In this document: positions 14,901 through 27,684 of the stretch, piece after piece
Layout of the letters: each line of letters begins with the position of its first letter
Numbering within the stretch: position 1 is the first letter of the stretch
Made by a program: the position numbers and the translations under genes
Assembly (NCBI GenBank): GCA_043228905.1
Contig: JBHGNT010000013.1
Coordinates: 6,820,001 to 6,884,000, forward strand
From: Azolla caroliniana
Taxonomy: Eukaryota > Plantae > Polypodiophyta
DNA length: 64,000 nt
Direction of reading: 5' to 3'
The notes under the pieces: model-generated
Told to the model about the DNA's origin: nothing
What the model saw: only the letters and a program-made list of their open reading frames with translations
Databases searched by the model: none

Positions 14901-16339
14901 CTACAAGGCAAAGCATGATTCCAGTGGGAAGGTAAGTAGACATAAAGCAAGATTGGTTGCAAAGGGATATTCCCAAATGCAAGGAATTGATTATGATGAG
15001 ACATTTGCACCAGTTGCAAAGATGGCAACATTGAGGACATTACTGGCTGTAGGTGCAGCCAGAAGATGGTTTCTTCATCATATGGATGTAAAAAATGCCT
15101 TCTTACATGGTAACTTGGAAGAAGAAGTGTATATGTGTCAATCACCAGGTTTTGAAGATAGGAAGCATCCAGATTATGTATGTAACCTGAAAAAGGCTCT
15201 CTATGGACTGAAACAGGCACCAAGAGCATGGCACAGAGAACTCTCAGATTATCTGAAAAAACTTGACTTCAAAATGCAAAGGCTGATTCATCATTGTATG
15301 TTAAAAGGGAATATGATTGTATTGTTGTGATTCTGATTTATGTTGATGATCTCATCATTGGAGGTGATTCCATGGATGAAATAAGTAAGCTGAAAAGAAA
15401 TTTCGAAAAGAAATTTCATATGAAAGATTTGGGAGATCTGAGATATTTTTTGGGTATTGAAATCATCAGATCTGAAAGTGGTATATATGTGTTGCAAAGA
15501 CAATATGCAACAACTATGTTGAAAAAGTATGGTATGCTTGGATGCAAACCTATTGGAGTACCACTAGATAAAAACTGCAAATTGAGGGTTGATTTGGGAG
15601 CCAAAATAGAAGATGTAAACATGTACAGGTCTATGGTGGGCAGCCTTATTTATTTGACCATAACAAGACCTGATTTGAGTTATGCAGTTGGATTAGTCAG
15701 CCAATTTATGCAACAGCCAACAAAGCTGCATTTGGACTGCATTAGAAGAATTCTGAGGTATGTAAAAGCTACTCAGAACTATGGATTGTTTTACAGGCTG
15801 ATTTGGACATAAATCTGGAAGGATATACAGATGTTGATTGGGCTAGAAGCCAAACAGATAGAAGATCCACAAGTGGATATATGTTTACATTGGGAAGTGC
15901 ATGTATTTCATGGAGTAGCAAGAAACAAGCTACTGTTGCATTGTCTAGTACTGAAGCTGAGTACAGAGGAGCTGCCATAGCCACTTGTGAAGAGGTATGG
16001 ATCAGAAGATTGCTTGCTGATTTGGGAGAGTATATAGACGGTACTGTCACAATCTGGTGTGACAACATGAGCAGCATTCAGCTTGCAAAAAACCTAGTGT
16101 TCCATGCAAGAACAAAGCACATTGAAGTGCATTATCACTTTGTTAGAGAAAAAGTGATTGAAGGAGAAGCTGATCTGGTGTATGTGAATACAAATCAGCA
16201 AGTTGCTGATATTCTCACAAAGGGATTGAGTGTGGAAAAGCATACACAGTTTCGGAACATGATGGGAGTTGTAGACACTGATATGATGGGTGAAAAGCAT
16301 CATGGAAAAGAAGTTGTAGATAACCCCAAGAAAGGATAA
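11981..16339 (+). pseudogene. Copia C gag-pol polyprotein (gag, CCHC knuckle, PR, IN, RT, RH)
   Basis: [55 protein letters not shown]; stops ending at 12379, 12889, 13360 and 14389; frameshifts near 14880 and 15280. Confidence 0.95.
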
Positions 16340-19300
16340 GTTGAGCTTGAGGGGGAGTGTTGAGAAGCAAGCTCAACATGGTATGTGATGCTTATTGGGA
16401 AATAAGCTATAGTAGCTATATTAGCTACTTGTGAACATAAAGGAGAAACAGTTAATTAGCTACTGACAGCTAATTAGCTATTGACAACTATTTAGCGACT
16501 GACAGCTAATTAGCTACTAATAGCTATTTAGCAACTGACAGCTAATTAGCTACCTGTAGCTAATTAGCTACATACGTAAGTAACTTATTACTTAGGTAAA
16601 AAGTAAGAGAGTAAGTAAGTAAGAAAATATACAAGAAGTAGAACTCTGAGAGAGAGAGTGAGGATAGAGAGAAAGAACTCAGAGAGTGAGAGCAGAAGAG
16701 AGAAACAGACGAGAGCAAGTAGAGCTCCGCGTGTAATGAAATAGAAGAAGTTTTGGCTGCTACAGAGGTAAGTCTCCTTCCCCCTTCCCTTCTGTGTTTG
16801 AGCACCAAACGATCTAGCACACCACGATCCGCCGCGCACATAAGAAGAGCCCAAGTGCCTTCTTCACGTTTTCATAACATGAAGCACCTGAGGTGCGTAA
16901 ACCGCACCTGCATTCCCTGGTCGACGATCTGTCCAACCCACACCAGGTTCTTCGTGATAGTCAGAACGTGTAATACGTTCATCAACTTCCCCCTCTGTCC
17001 GATGTGGCTCAGGGGAACTTCTCCGACATGCATGATTGGGTGAGGAGTGTCGTCTTCGGTTTCGACAACTCCCGGTTGTTCCGGTTTCTCCAAGAAGGAG
17101 AACCACTCTTTGTGGCTCGTCATGTGATTTGACGCACCGGAAATCAACGTACCACACTTCCTCCGATTTGGAAGTGGTCTTGTTCATCAAGTTTGCCTTG
17201 TGCTTCATCAGTAAGGTTGGCGCCTTACCGGTCTTCCTGGTTCCGGATCCTTTTGATCCTTGCACGTAGTGCGAGCTTTGCCTGTTCTCCCGACCGGTTT
17301 TGCCGGATCCAGATCTATCCGAATCAGCGCGCTTCTTCCAACACTCGCTTTCTTTGTGGCCCTTTTTGCCACAGTACCACCATTCCGTGGCGGCTTTGTC
17401 TTGCCGGCCTTCGGTTCCACCTTGACTCCACCTGCTTGTGGAAGTCCCGGAACTGTTGTCGGCACGGTCTCTGTGCCGTCGGTCTTGCCCTTGCCGGCCG
17501 CCTCCATTGCGTGCCAACCCACCTCATCCACCACGCCCATGGCGCCGATCCGCCTCTGTGTACAGCATCCGGTTGTCGGTGGCTGCACTTGTTTATGCAC
17601 CAGCGTGGTTCTCCTCTACAAGGAGCATCGACTGTAAGTCGAAAAATGACGGCGTATTCTCCCTCGTACATACTGTTGTCCGGAAAGCTCGGAACTTAGA
17701 CACTAGGCCCCCAAGACAGACCTATACCATCTCGTCTTCCTCTACTGTGACGTTGATAGAGGCAAGCGAGTCACAGATCTCTTTGATTCAGGCCGTGTAA
17801 TCAACCACTGACATGTCCTTCTGTCGAACATTGCTCAACTCCTCTCGGAGTTGCAGCTTCCGGGCTGTAGTGCTTGCAGTGAAAACCTTCTTCAAGTTTC
17901 CCGAAGCCTCTTTCGGCGTCTTGGCATCTTGGACATGGCTCAACAGCAGATCTCCGACAATGGACGCAAAGCAATACATCACTCTGCTTGCCGATTGTTC
18001 CCACACCGGGAAGTCCTTGTGTGCCGCATCAGGTGTTGTGTTGTTAGCTCCGTCGACATAGCTCCAGTAACCATGCCCAAGCAGGTACTGGTGCATCTTG
18101 TAGGACGAAGATGCGTAGTTGGTTCTGTCGAGCTTCTCCACCGGGAGTGAGCTAGCCATTCCTCTATCCATTTTTCTTTTCTTGTTCTTTACAAAAGTTT
18201 TCCTTTCAAGCTATGTCGGTTATAGAGGTTCTCAACCCTCGCGCTCAAATACCATGTAAAAAGAAATAGTGTGCGGACCTCTACTAATGGAGGAGTGTGC
18301 CACACGAGTTGTATTACGGAAAGAAGCTAAATTTGGCACACTTGAGGATTTTTGACAGCATCGCGTACATGCATATGCCGAAGGAGAAACGGAGGAAGCT
18401 TGACACCAAAGCTAAAAAGTGCATATTAGTCGGCTATTCAGACGAACAAAAGGGGTATAAGTGCTATAACCCCTGAATAAAGGAAGTTCGCCTATGCCAA
18501 GATGTCGTGTTCGACGAGTCCGGTTCGTGGTACCTGTCTTCACCTCTAATCCTTGATGACTCCATTCCGAATTCTAAAGAAGAGGTCAGCGAGGTTGAAG
18601 TGCCTTCGTGTAATGAGGAAATCAGAGCTCTAACAGAGAGTCCGATCTCATTTCGGCCAAGCGGGCCGAATGAGGGGTTGAGCTGATATGGCCAACCAAA
18701 TGAAGAGTCGGCAAGTAGTGGAGACTCGGTCGTGCTGTCCCCGCACAAAGAGCTGAGGAGACGGTTTACGCGTAAAGAAAAAGGGAAGAAGAAAATGTCA
18801 GAATAAGATTTCCGTAGTGCCGAGTCAGACTGGAGAGAGTCCGATTTCGGACCAATTGAAAAGGAATCTCCACGGAAGAGGTCGAAATTGGCCTAAAAGA
18901 CCGTGAAATCCGGTAATCACGAATTAGGCCGATCTACCCGTCTGAAGAACCCTGTGAAGAGGTACGGGCACAATGAATACATGGCGCACCATTACGCGTA
19001 CATGACATGAGTAGCGGAAGTGCGTGAGTCGGAGAGGTACGCAGAAGCGGCGAAAGACGCAAATTGACGTGTCGAGATGGAGGAAGACATGCGCGCATTA
19101 ACGGACAATGAGACTTGGGACCTGGTTGACGCATCGAAGGGTGTAAAGCCGATCAGATGTAGATGGGTGTTTAAGGTGAAATACAACACCGATGGCTCGG
19201 TCAACCGATATAAGGCCCGTTTGGTTGCGAAAGGCTACGCGCAAAAGCACGACGTAGATTACAATGACACCTTCACCCTAGTCGCGAAGATGACTACCGT

Positions 19301-19360
19301 GCGAGTTCTGCTAGCCGTAGTGGCGACAAAGAGGTGGCATCTACATCATATGGATATAAA

Positions 19361-19530
19361 GAACGTGTTCCTACAAGGTGATCTTGAGGAACAAGTGTAC
19401 ATGGTACAACCCCTTGGATTTCTATCCAAACAGAACACTTCGACAGAACGCGTTCCTGCAAGGCGATCTTGAGGAACAAGTGTACAAGGTACAACCCCCT
19501 GGATTTCTATCCAAACAGAACACTTCGGCA
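19361..19530 (+). repeat. 85-bp tandem duplication inside the Copia A RT
   Basis: gaacgtgttcctacaaggtgatcttgagg... at 19361 recurs at 19446; FLQGDLEEQVY is encoded twice in different frames. Confidence 0.92.
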
Positions 19531-22500
19531 GTCTACCAATTGCAGAAGGCGTTGTACGGACTTAAGCAAGCCCCACGAGCTTGGAACGCGAAGATTACAC
19601 AACGGTTGCATAGAATGAGGTTTACGACATCAAAGTCGAACTCCTCTTTGTTCGTTTGGCAAGGTTGACATGGATTGGCTTGTCTTTTACTTTATGTTGA
19701 TGATTTAGTCATCGTTGGTGCCGACCTAGAAGAAATCGGTCGTGTAAAGTCTCAGCTTGCGGCATCGTTCAAAATGAAGGATCTTAGCAACCTTCATTAC
19801 TTCCTCGGGATCGAAGTGATCCATTCCCCCAAAGGAATATTGATCAGTCAGCGTCATTACGCACTGAATATGCTCATCAAGTTTGGGATGACCCCTCTGG
19901 ATAGAAACTAAAAGCTTCGCCGAGATTCAGGAAAGCCGTGCAACCCGACACGGTTTCGAAAGATTGTCGGAAGCCTCATCTACTTGACGATCACTCGGTC
20001 GGACCTTGGCAATCCAGTCAAAATGATCAATCAATTTATGTCGCAGCCCAAGACAGAACACCTTTAGTGCACGCGGAAGGATATTATGATATGTCAGGGG
20101 CACAAAAGACATGGCGTTGTTGTATCGTGCATACGTAGTCAAGTAGTTAGTCGGCTACACGAATGCCGATTAGGCCGGAAATGCTCACGATCGTAGATCC
20201 ACATCTGGATACGCATTCTCATTGGGAAGTGCGGCGATCGCGTGGAGCAGTAAGAAGCAGCCAATAGTAGCACTGTCGAGCATTGAGGTCGAATATCGAG
20301 TGACAATTGTCGCTACGTGCGAAGTCATTTGGCTGAAACAGCTATTACAAGATCTACACGTAGAGGTGTCTGATTCAATGATGATCTATTGTGATAACCT
20401 CAACAACATCCACCTTGCGAAAAGCCATGTATTCCATGCTTGGACTAAGCACATTGAGGTGCACTACCATTTTGTCCGCGAGCGTGTCCTTTCTTGTGAA
20501 GTCGAACTAGCGTATGTTCCGACAGGTCGGCAGATTGCCGACATCTTCATCAAGCCCCTTGGTCTTGACAAATTATGGCATTTCTCGATTGAGCTGGGTT
20601 TGCGTCACCTCAACATGCCGAACATGAGGGGGAGACAGGAACAGGAACAGGAACAGGAGCGTGGAAGGAGCGGTAGTAATCACGGTGCCGAATTGGATGA
20701 AGAATTCGATTTCGGGCGGGTTGAAGAAGCCGAAGAAAAAACTAGGGGTCGTAATCGCAAGGAAGAGCCAAAGGCAACTGAACAAAGGAGAAACAAAGCC
20801 AAGAAAGGCCTAAAGGCCAAGACTAAGACATGGTCGAACGTAGTTAAGGGCCTGAAGACAGAAGACGAATTGGAGATAGCCAATTCCAATGAAAGTGGGA
20901 ATGAATTGGAAATGTTCGATTCAATCGTAATATTCGATTCGGATACGCCGAATCAACTAAGCGCCAAGCAGAGAAAAGAGCAACAAAATAGGCATCAACA
21001 CTACGACAACAAGGGAGCTGAGAAAGGCCACATGAGCAACGCGCGAAATCGGACGGGTCAAGGAGCGCGAGCGAGGCGTGAAGCCAAGAGAAGCCGGAGT
21101 GAAGATCCGGAAAACCATATGAAACCTGAAGTGGAGCTTGAGGGGGAGTGTTGAGAGATAAGCTCAACATTGGGTGCGTAAACGGGTGCGTAACCCAGTG
21201 TGTAGACTAGGTGCGTAAAACCATACGCAAAATATGGTTGTGGCAGTGTTTAAACCAAAATGCCGTTAGAACGTTATTCCTTGTAAGGGATAGTCTTGGG
21301 AGTTAGTGTAGAAGGCTCATTTATGAGCGGTCAAGTACTGTCAGTACTTGTGTCAGCCCGATAGTCAAGGCTTGTATAAAAGGTGCTCATTGAGCACGAA
21401 ATATGTATGAAGAACATACAGAGAATTATTTTTGAATATAGTTTTGTATATTTCTTCTCACTATGTCTCTCCCTCTCCTTCTCTATGATTTCTGCATTTT
21501 ATCGAACTGTCATACATCCGAACCGTGTACTCTGTGCTCTTACGCATACGCTTCCGCACACATATTCTTTTACAATATGGTTTGAAACAAATCTTCGACA
21601 TCCATCTTGATCTAAAGACTCATCCTTCTCTATTTCAGGGCACCCCTTTATAGGGATATCATCGAGCAAAGGCATCGTCATATCTGGGATGCAATCTCTT
21701 AGTACTTTGTTCATGGCATTCATCATGTGGGCCACCGAGTTAGTTGCCCCTTGCGGTAATGTACACATCCTTACTAGCCCGATGGGAGTCTGCATCATTG
21801 TGATGTCTCGAATATCCAAAGAAAATTGAAATTGGTCATATCCAGAATACAAGTCTCCAATCGAGTAAATCGACCTTCCTACAAAAGCTTCAGCAAACTT
21901 ATCAACACTAGGTCAAATACCAACATTACGAATGGTGACCTTCTTTACCGGTTGCAGATCTTGGATAAATCAAAGCGCTCCATTCTTCTTCGGCACTGTG
22001 AACCACCTATTTGAATAAGGCGCATTAGATGGCTCAAGGATTCCCATTCTCATATTTTCTTTTAATAGCTCTAGCAATCTTGGAATGTGAGCTCTTGGAA
22101 CGGCAATTGGCTTCAAGTTCCATGGCACATGGGGTATTGCAAAGATAACCATTGGTTCCACAAGCGTTGGGTCAACACATCCGATATCTTGTGGGGAAAA
22201 GGTAAATGATTTCCCATGTTGCTCCAACATTTCCCGGAACTTGGACTCTTCTTTCGGAAACAAAAACTCACCCCCACCAATTTTGAGCTTCCTCCGAGTT
22301 TCGTCGGTGAAGACATGTCCTACTCTTTCCGGGTCTCTAAGGCACGGATCTCATGCTACCTCCTTTATTTGCTGCCAACTATCTTCATGCAAGGGAGCAA
22401 CCACAGGTTTGACCTTCTTATCCACAGTCTTGTATTTGGTATTAACTTTGACTTGATCCATCGTGACACCTTCTTCATATTCGTTGATGGCGGTGTATAC

Positions 22501-23662
22501 GGCGACAGAGTTGATTGGAATCATTTTGTTGACTTGAAGTTTCGATTTGATCACTTTCTCCATTTCCCCAAGACTATCATCAAATGATATTATCTCCATG
22601 ACCCGTTTATTGCCTCTTCCTCATTCATAATCTCGATTTCTCTAAGTTTCTCCTCTAGGATTTCTATTTTAATATCTCCTCCATAAATGTTTCTAAATTT
22701 ACACATTCCATTCTTAGAAAACAAGACTTTCTTTTTATTAATGGGGTGACAACTTTTATTACATTGGATTGGGGACATAGTTAGATGTCCTGGACTATTG
22801 TTGTCCCTCTCCCTATAGCCCGAATTAAAAATCCTCTCTAGATTCTTTCCCTAAGCTATACCTCTTTCATGGTTTGGTCGTACAGTGAGGAATTGAACCG
22901 AGCTCGTCCCATCTTGTCTTCGTATCCGCGCATATGCCAAACAATTATCAAGTACCTTTGTCTCCATCCGGAATGTTGTAATGTAAGGCTCGCCAAGGAT
23001 GACAGGATGTGACGCCGATTCCACATGCTCTCTTCACTGCTGCCCAATCAGAAATGAGGCCTTCATCGTTTTCTAGTAGTAGTCCAAGATCTCTTCAATC
23101 TTTCTCATCTATTGACTTGATAAATAGGAGCACCTTGTTGGAATCAAGAATCATTTTGTCAAGTGCAGGAAGACGATCAAATCTTTGCTCGAACTCGTGG
23201 AGCGTCGCACTCGCACTCAAGTCTTTGTTAGAAGACTCCACCCAGTCCATTAAAACTTTCTTCGTCATTCGAGATGATTCACCAAATCCATATTCTTCAA
23301 GTCAACTTCCTTCGAAAGATGACCATTCAAGATTGGTCTCTTGTAGCTCTAAGACCCGGGAGTAAAGACTTGAAGTTATAATCCTTGAGAAGCTTGTCAC
23401 TTGTCTTGCCATAGGAATACACTTTTTCCACATTTATGTTTTGTAGGTTTCAAGGTATGTGTCACATCTCTATCGTCAAAGCATCCGTTGGTATCCACGA
23501 TCCTATCGATGGCAACGTCAAGGCCTACGACATTGTCTCTCTCCTGAAGCATTTGTTCCATCATCCTCGTCATTGCTTGTGCTAGACTATCATTAGAGTC
23601 TCTAGAACTCGAAGTTCCGGCCATCCTCCCTTGCCGTTCTTCACATCTGGTTCACAAATCTA

Positions 23663-24674
23663 TGTCGTGGAAATCCGCGCCTACGGGTCAGTCGAATAGG
23701 ACCACCGGGGTCTTTGACCAAGGAGGATGAATCGGGTGACTTGTGCTTGTAAGGAATCGACCGTCGTTTAGGTTTATAATCGGGTTGTTCTTGTTCTTGA
23801 AGATGCTTGTGTGGGTTGATTGGGAGAGAGAGAGAGAGAGAGACATATTGAGAAAATATTTACTACACCACAAAGATGTCGTGAAGCACATGACATATGT
23901 GCCACATGTTGCGATGTGTGTGTTACACGTGTGCAGACAAGCACCAGCCTCTATCCACAAGTGGTGATGGAGGATCGAAAGGATCGTTCAAGACAATGAA
24001 GCGGAACCATCACTTTTCTGGACCAGAAGGACTAGCGCAAACGAGAAAGTATTAAAGATAGATTGGTAGATAGATAGATACAAACGAGAATTCCAATTCC
24101 CGTTTTGAACCTTTGACTTCAAAATTGAGGGACAAGACACATTGCCAATGAGATAACTAAGATTTATTATTATTATTACTGGTTCCATACATTACTTGAT
24201 TTCCTTTCCCTTCCTTTCCTTCTTATATAGATGCCCCCATGCATATGATGCATGTGAGGGTGCATGAAATGCATGCAATGCATGATTTCCATTTGGTGCT
24301 CATGCATCACATGCGATGCATGATGACCATGTCCCTCATTCAAGCTCTCATGTATGAGTAGTAACATATGAAAAGTACAATGAAGAAAATAAATTTTAAA
24401 GAAAACAACTTAACCTAATGGTGTGTCAATTGCCTCCTATCTTAGAGGTGTAAGGTTCAAAACCTTACTTGCACCTCGTTGTATGCCACTAGGCTCTAGA
24501 CTTATTTCTTTTTATATTTTGTGTAATGAACACCTAAACACACATCACACGTGCACATTGATGTGCTAACATACATGTGTAACCATCACTCCTTTCATAC
24601 GTGTGCACATTGCACCTTCTCGATTTTCCTCGTTCCACGCAATTTTCACACTATTATTGAAAATCTTCACGACA
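23663..24674 (-). repeat. 5' LTR of the minus-strand Gypsy (1012 bp)
   Basis: TGTCG/CGACA inverted termini; the end matches 2617-2634; TATA on the minus strand near 24229; (GA)n tract. Confidence 0.85.
24411..24477 (+). promoter_or_regulatory. tRNA-like Pol III internal promoter (A box/B box) inside the Gypsy LTR
   Basis: A-box-like TAACCTAATGG 24411-24421; B box GGTTCAAAACC 24454-24464 within a perfect GTAAGG/CCTTAC stem with a 7-nt loop. Confidence 0.6.
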
Positions 24675-27180
24675 ACGGTACTTAGTGGCACAACTCTGGC
24701 ATGGTTCGCCCCTTTGTTAGAAGAAGGCTCTCCATTATTAAATAATTTTGAAGAGTTTATTAACGAGTTTAAAGCATGTTTCGGAGATACTGATAACGTT
24801 AGGACGACAATCAACAAAATTCGAAGGTTGTGTCAAGGTGATCAGTCGAATCTGATATCAGCCAGAAACAATGAAAAGGTGTACACCAACGCAAAAAAAC
24901 AAGCTATGGATGTGAAGGTTATGTTGCGGATTTCCGTCTTCTCACCACTGATATTCCTTGGGATGACCAAGCATTGATGGAGCAATTTCGTTATGGCCTA
25001 CGTAACGATGTCAAGGATTTACTCTTGACCTTCCCCAAAGAACCGAAGTCGCTCACAGAAGCAATCAGTCGAGTGGTACGATGCGATAACCGCCTTTTCG
25101 AACAACGTTCGTAACGTTAGTTCAAGATGCGAAGGACAAGATCATAGCCCGCCTACGCCTAAGTTGTAGCAAAACCTTTTTCAAGAGAGTCATTTAATAC
25201 GTCTCCAGCAAATACTCCAACTAAGATGGAAATCGACCCCACATGTCGTCGCGGACCATTATCGGAAAAGGAAAAGCAGTGACATGGAGCAAATCGACTA
25301 TGTCTTTATTGTGGTGAACCGGGGCATATTGTAGTGAACTATCCTCACAGGCCATGAAGACGGTAAATCAAATACCCGCTAGTACTAATAGTACTAAACC
25401 CGAGTCTATTTCATTAGGAGTGTCAGATAGTCTAAATAGCCCAAGCCTATTAAACAAATTTGAAGTCCTTAGTCAAAAGAAAAGTTAAATGACTAAGTCC
25501 AGCCAAAGTAAGAGTCGTTTGGTTGGACAGTCCTAGATTTGTGCAACCCATTAGTGGTTCCATTCCCTCTAAGAAGTTAGCAATGTCTTCCTAGCTCAAG
25601 TAACAATTAGTACTAAAAGTAATCCTCCAATACATGTGTTAGCACTTCTAAATTCTGAAACCAATTCTTGCTTCATGGTTAAGAATTTTGCCCAAGCTCA
25701 TCAGATATCCCTAAGAAAACTCCATTGCCCTGCTTCTATAGTAGTCATTGATGGTTGCCCCATTGCTTCCGGAAATATCGTAGAAGAGTCAGAGCCGATT
25801 AATGTTGTCTTAAATAATTTGGCATGTTTAGTATCATTTAATATAATTAGTAGTCTAGAGCATCCAATATTTTTGGGGTTACCATGGTTTGAATTACACA
25901 ATGCAGACGTAGATTGGAGAGAAAGAGATATCGAGTATCGACAACCTCGAGGATCTACTCATAAGATTTCAACGATTTCGCTACATCAATTGTGTGATGA
26001 AGGACGTACGGAAGCAATGTTTGCATTCACAGTATCAATGAAACCTTCCAACACCGCAGACGAGTCAAAAATTCAACTTCCAAAGAAGTATCATCATTAC
26101 GCAGACGTTTTGATAAGGTAAAAGCTAGTACTCTTCCTCATCATCGACCGTATGATTGTTCCATTGACTTACAACCTGGAAAAGAGCCACCGTGGGGACT
26201 GATCTACGACTTGTCACCAACTGAGCTTGAAGTTCTTTGAGCTTACATAGAGGAAAATTTGGCAAATGGGTTCATTCGACATTTGAAACCTCCAGCCGGC
26301 GCACCTATTTTCTTTGTCGAGAAAAAATATGGATCACTTCGTCTAGTTGTGGATTATCGTGGTGTGAATAAGGTCACCATCAGGAATAGGTATGCACTTC
26401 CCCTGATCTCGAGTCTTTTAGAAAGAATTAATGCCGCAAAGGTTTTTTACAAAAACAGACTTACGAGGAGCATATAACCTCGTACAAATTCAACCGGGGG
26501 ACGAATGGAAGACAACTTTCCGCACCCAATATGGGCATTTTGAGTATACAGTTATGCCATTCGGCCTCACCAATGCGCCATCAGTTTTCCAGCACACAAC
26601 AAATGATATATTCCAAGATCTTTTGGACATCTGTTTGCTCATCTACTTGGATGATCTACTAGTTTATTCAAAGACATAATAGGAGCATGATTCTCATGTA
26701 CCATTAGTACTAAGATGACTATAAGAACATGGTCTTTATGCAAAGCTAGAAAAGTGTAGCTTTGACTGCAACCAGGTGCAATTTCTGGCTATGTCATCTC
26801 ATCGGAAGGCATCTCTATGGATCCAGCTAAATTGCAAATTGTGTTGGAGTAGCAGACTGCACGTTCATTGTGAGATGTGCAATGCTTTTTAGGATTCGCA
26901 AACTTCTATCACAAATTTATGTAGGACTACTCAAAGCTTATTTTGCCGCTCACATAGCTTACAAAGAACGGGCAATCGTTTGTTTGGACTAAGGAAGCAG
27001 ACAAGGCTTTTGAGGGTCTCAAGAAAGCATTTACATCAGCTCTTGTTTTAGCTCATGTTGATCCACAAAAACCATTTATCATTGAAGCAGATGCATCTAA
27101 TTTCGCCCTCGCTAGTATTTTGTCACGGCAAGGTAACGATGAGAAGCTACATCCCTTGGTTTTCCACTCACGCAAATTTG
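24675..27180 (+). pseudogene. Old Tcn1-type Gypsy gag-PR-RT-RNase H fragment
   Basis: [36 protein letters not shown]; many stops; colinear with 32400-34905. Confidence 0.92.
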
Positions 27181-27684
27181 TGTTATCCGTGAGATTGTAA
27201 GTGTATGAGTGAGTGTATAAGTGTCCGTACATGGGTAGATAAGTGAAGTCTTTGTATTAAAAGTCATGTGTAAGTGTATGTCCAAATGTGCACATAGGTG
27301 TGAGTATATTAATATGGTAAAGTGGGTCTAGGTTACAAGGTTATGTAACTAACCTACAAACCCCATTGTATGTTCTTGATTCGTAACCCTCATGTAATGT
27401 ACCTATATAACCCCACCCAAGGGGACATGAATGATATAGAAATAGTAGAAGTTTTGCCTCTCAATATTGTGTGTGTGTGTATAGACTCTCTCTCTCTCTT
27501 ACGTTCAACCCCCTTGGGAGGGGGGTGGAGCCGTTCTCCACCCCTCACCCATCAACACTTGGCAAGCCCTACGACGATTCCCCCCTTGTAGAAGAAGCTG
27601 AGGAACTACACGCAACGGAAGGATGCGAGAGAGTGTGGTTATGGCTATGGCTATGTGATATGCTCGTGCTACTGATCTATTTCA
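27181..27684 (+). mobile_element. Probable LTR fragment of another family
   Basis: Starts TGTTA exactly where Tcn1 homology ends; TATA ctatataa at ~27403; GT/CT microsatellite; 3' end and TSD not resolved. Confidence 0.5.

Larger units (their letters stand above)
11297..16879 (+). mobile_element. Ty1/Copia element C, full length with nonsense and frameshift mutations, nested in Copia B
   Basis: LTRs 11297-11854 and 16358-16879; TSD TGAAG (11292-11296, 16880-16884); PBS tggtatcagagc 11855-11866; PPT gagggggag. Confidence 0.96.
7250..18277 (-). mobile_element. Ty1/Copia element B (degenerate), nested in the Copia A integrase
   Basis: 3' LTR 7250-7674; PPT next to it; RNase H plus tail 7675-8841; RT 9014-9871 (LYVDDL); integrase 10450-10990; gag 16885-18171; PBS-like site 18243-18254; 5' LTR remnant 18255-18277. 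Confidence 0.92.
4701..21574 (+). mobile_element. Ty1/Copia element A (degenerate; hosts a solo LTR and Copia B/C)
   Basis: Truncated 5' LTR 4701-4986; PBS tggtatcagag 4987-4997 (tRNA-iMet type); gag from 5089; protease/pre-integrase 6600-7249; integrase end, RT and RNase H 18278-21154; PPT gagggggag; 3' LTR 21149-21574. Confidence 0.92.
2617..24674 (-). mobile_element. Non-chromovirus Ty3/Gypsy element (Phygy/Selgy-like by inference), degenerate and split by a Copia nest
   Basis: 5' LTR 23663-24674 (tgtcgtg...cacgaca); gag from 23624; RT LPQGATNSVA...LLDDIPIKG at 21575-22263; RNase H and integrase (PEANGKIERGH) at 2705-4700; PPT ggtgggggtgga; 18-bp 3' LTR remnant 2617-2634 cut by the hAT. 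Confidence 0.88.
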
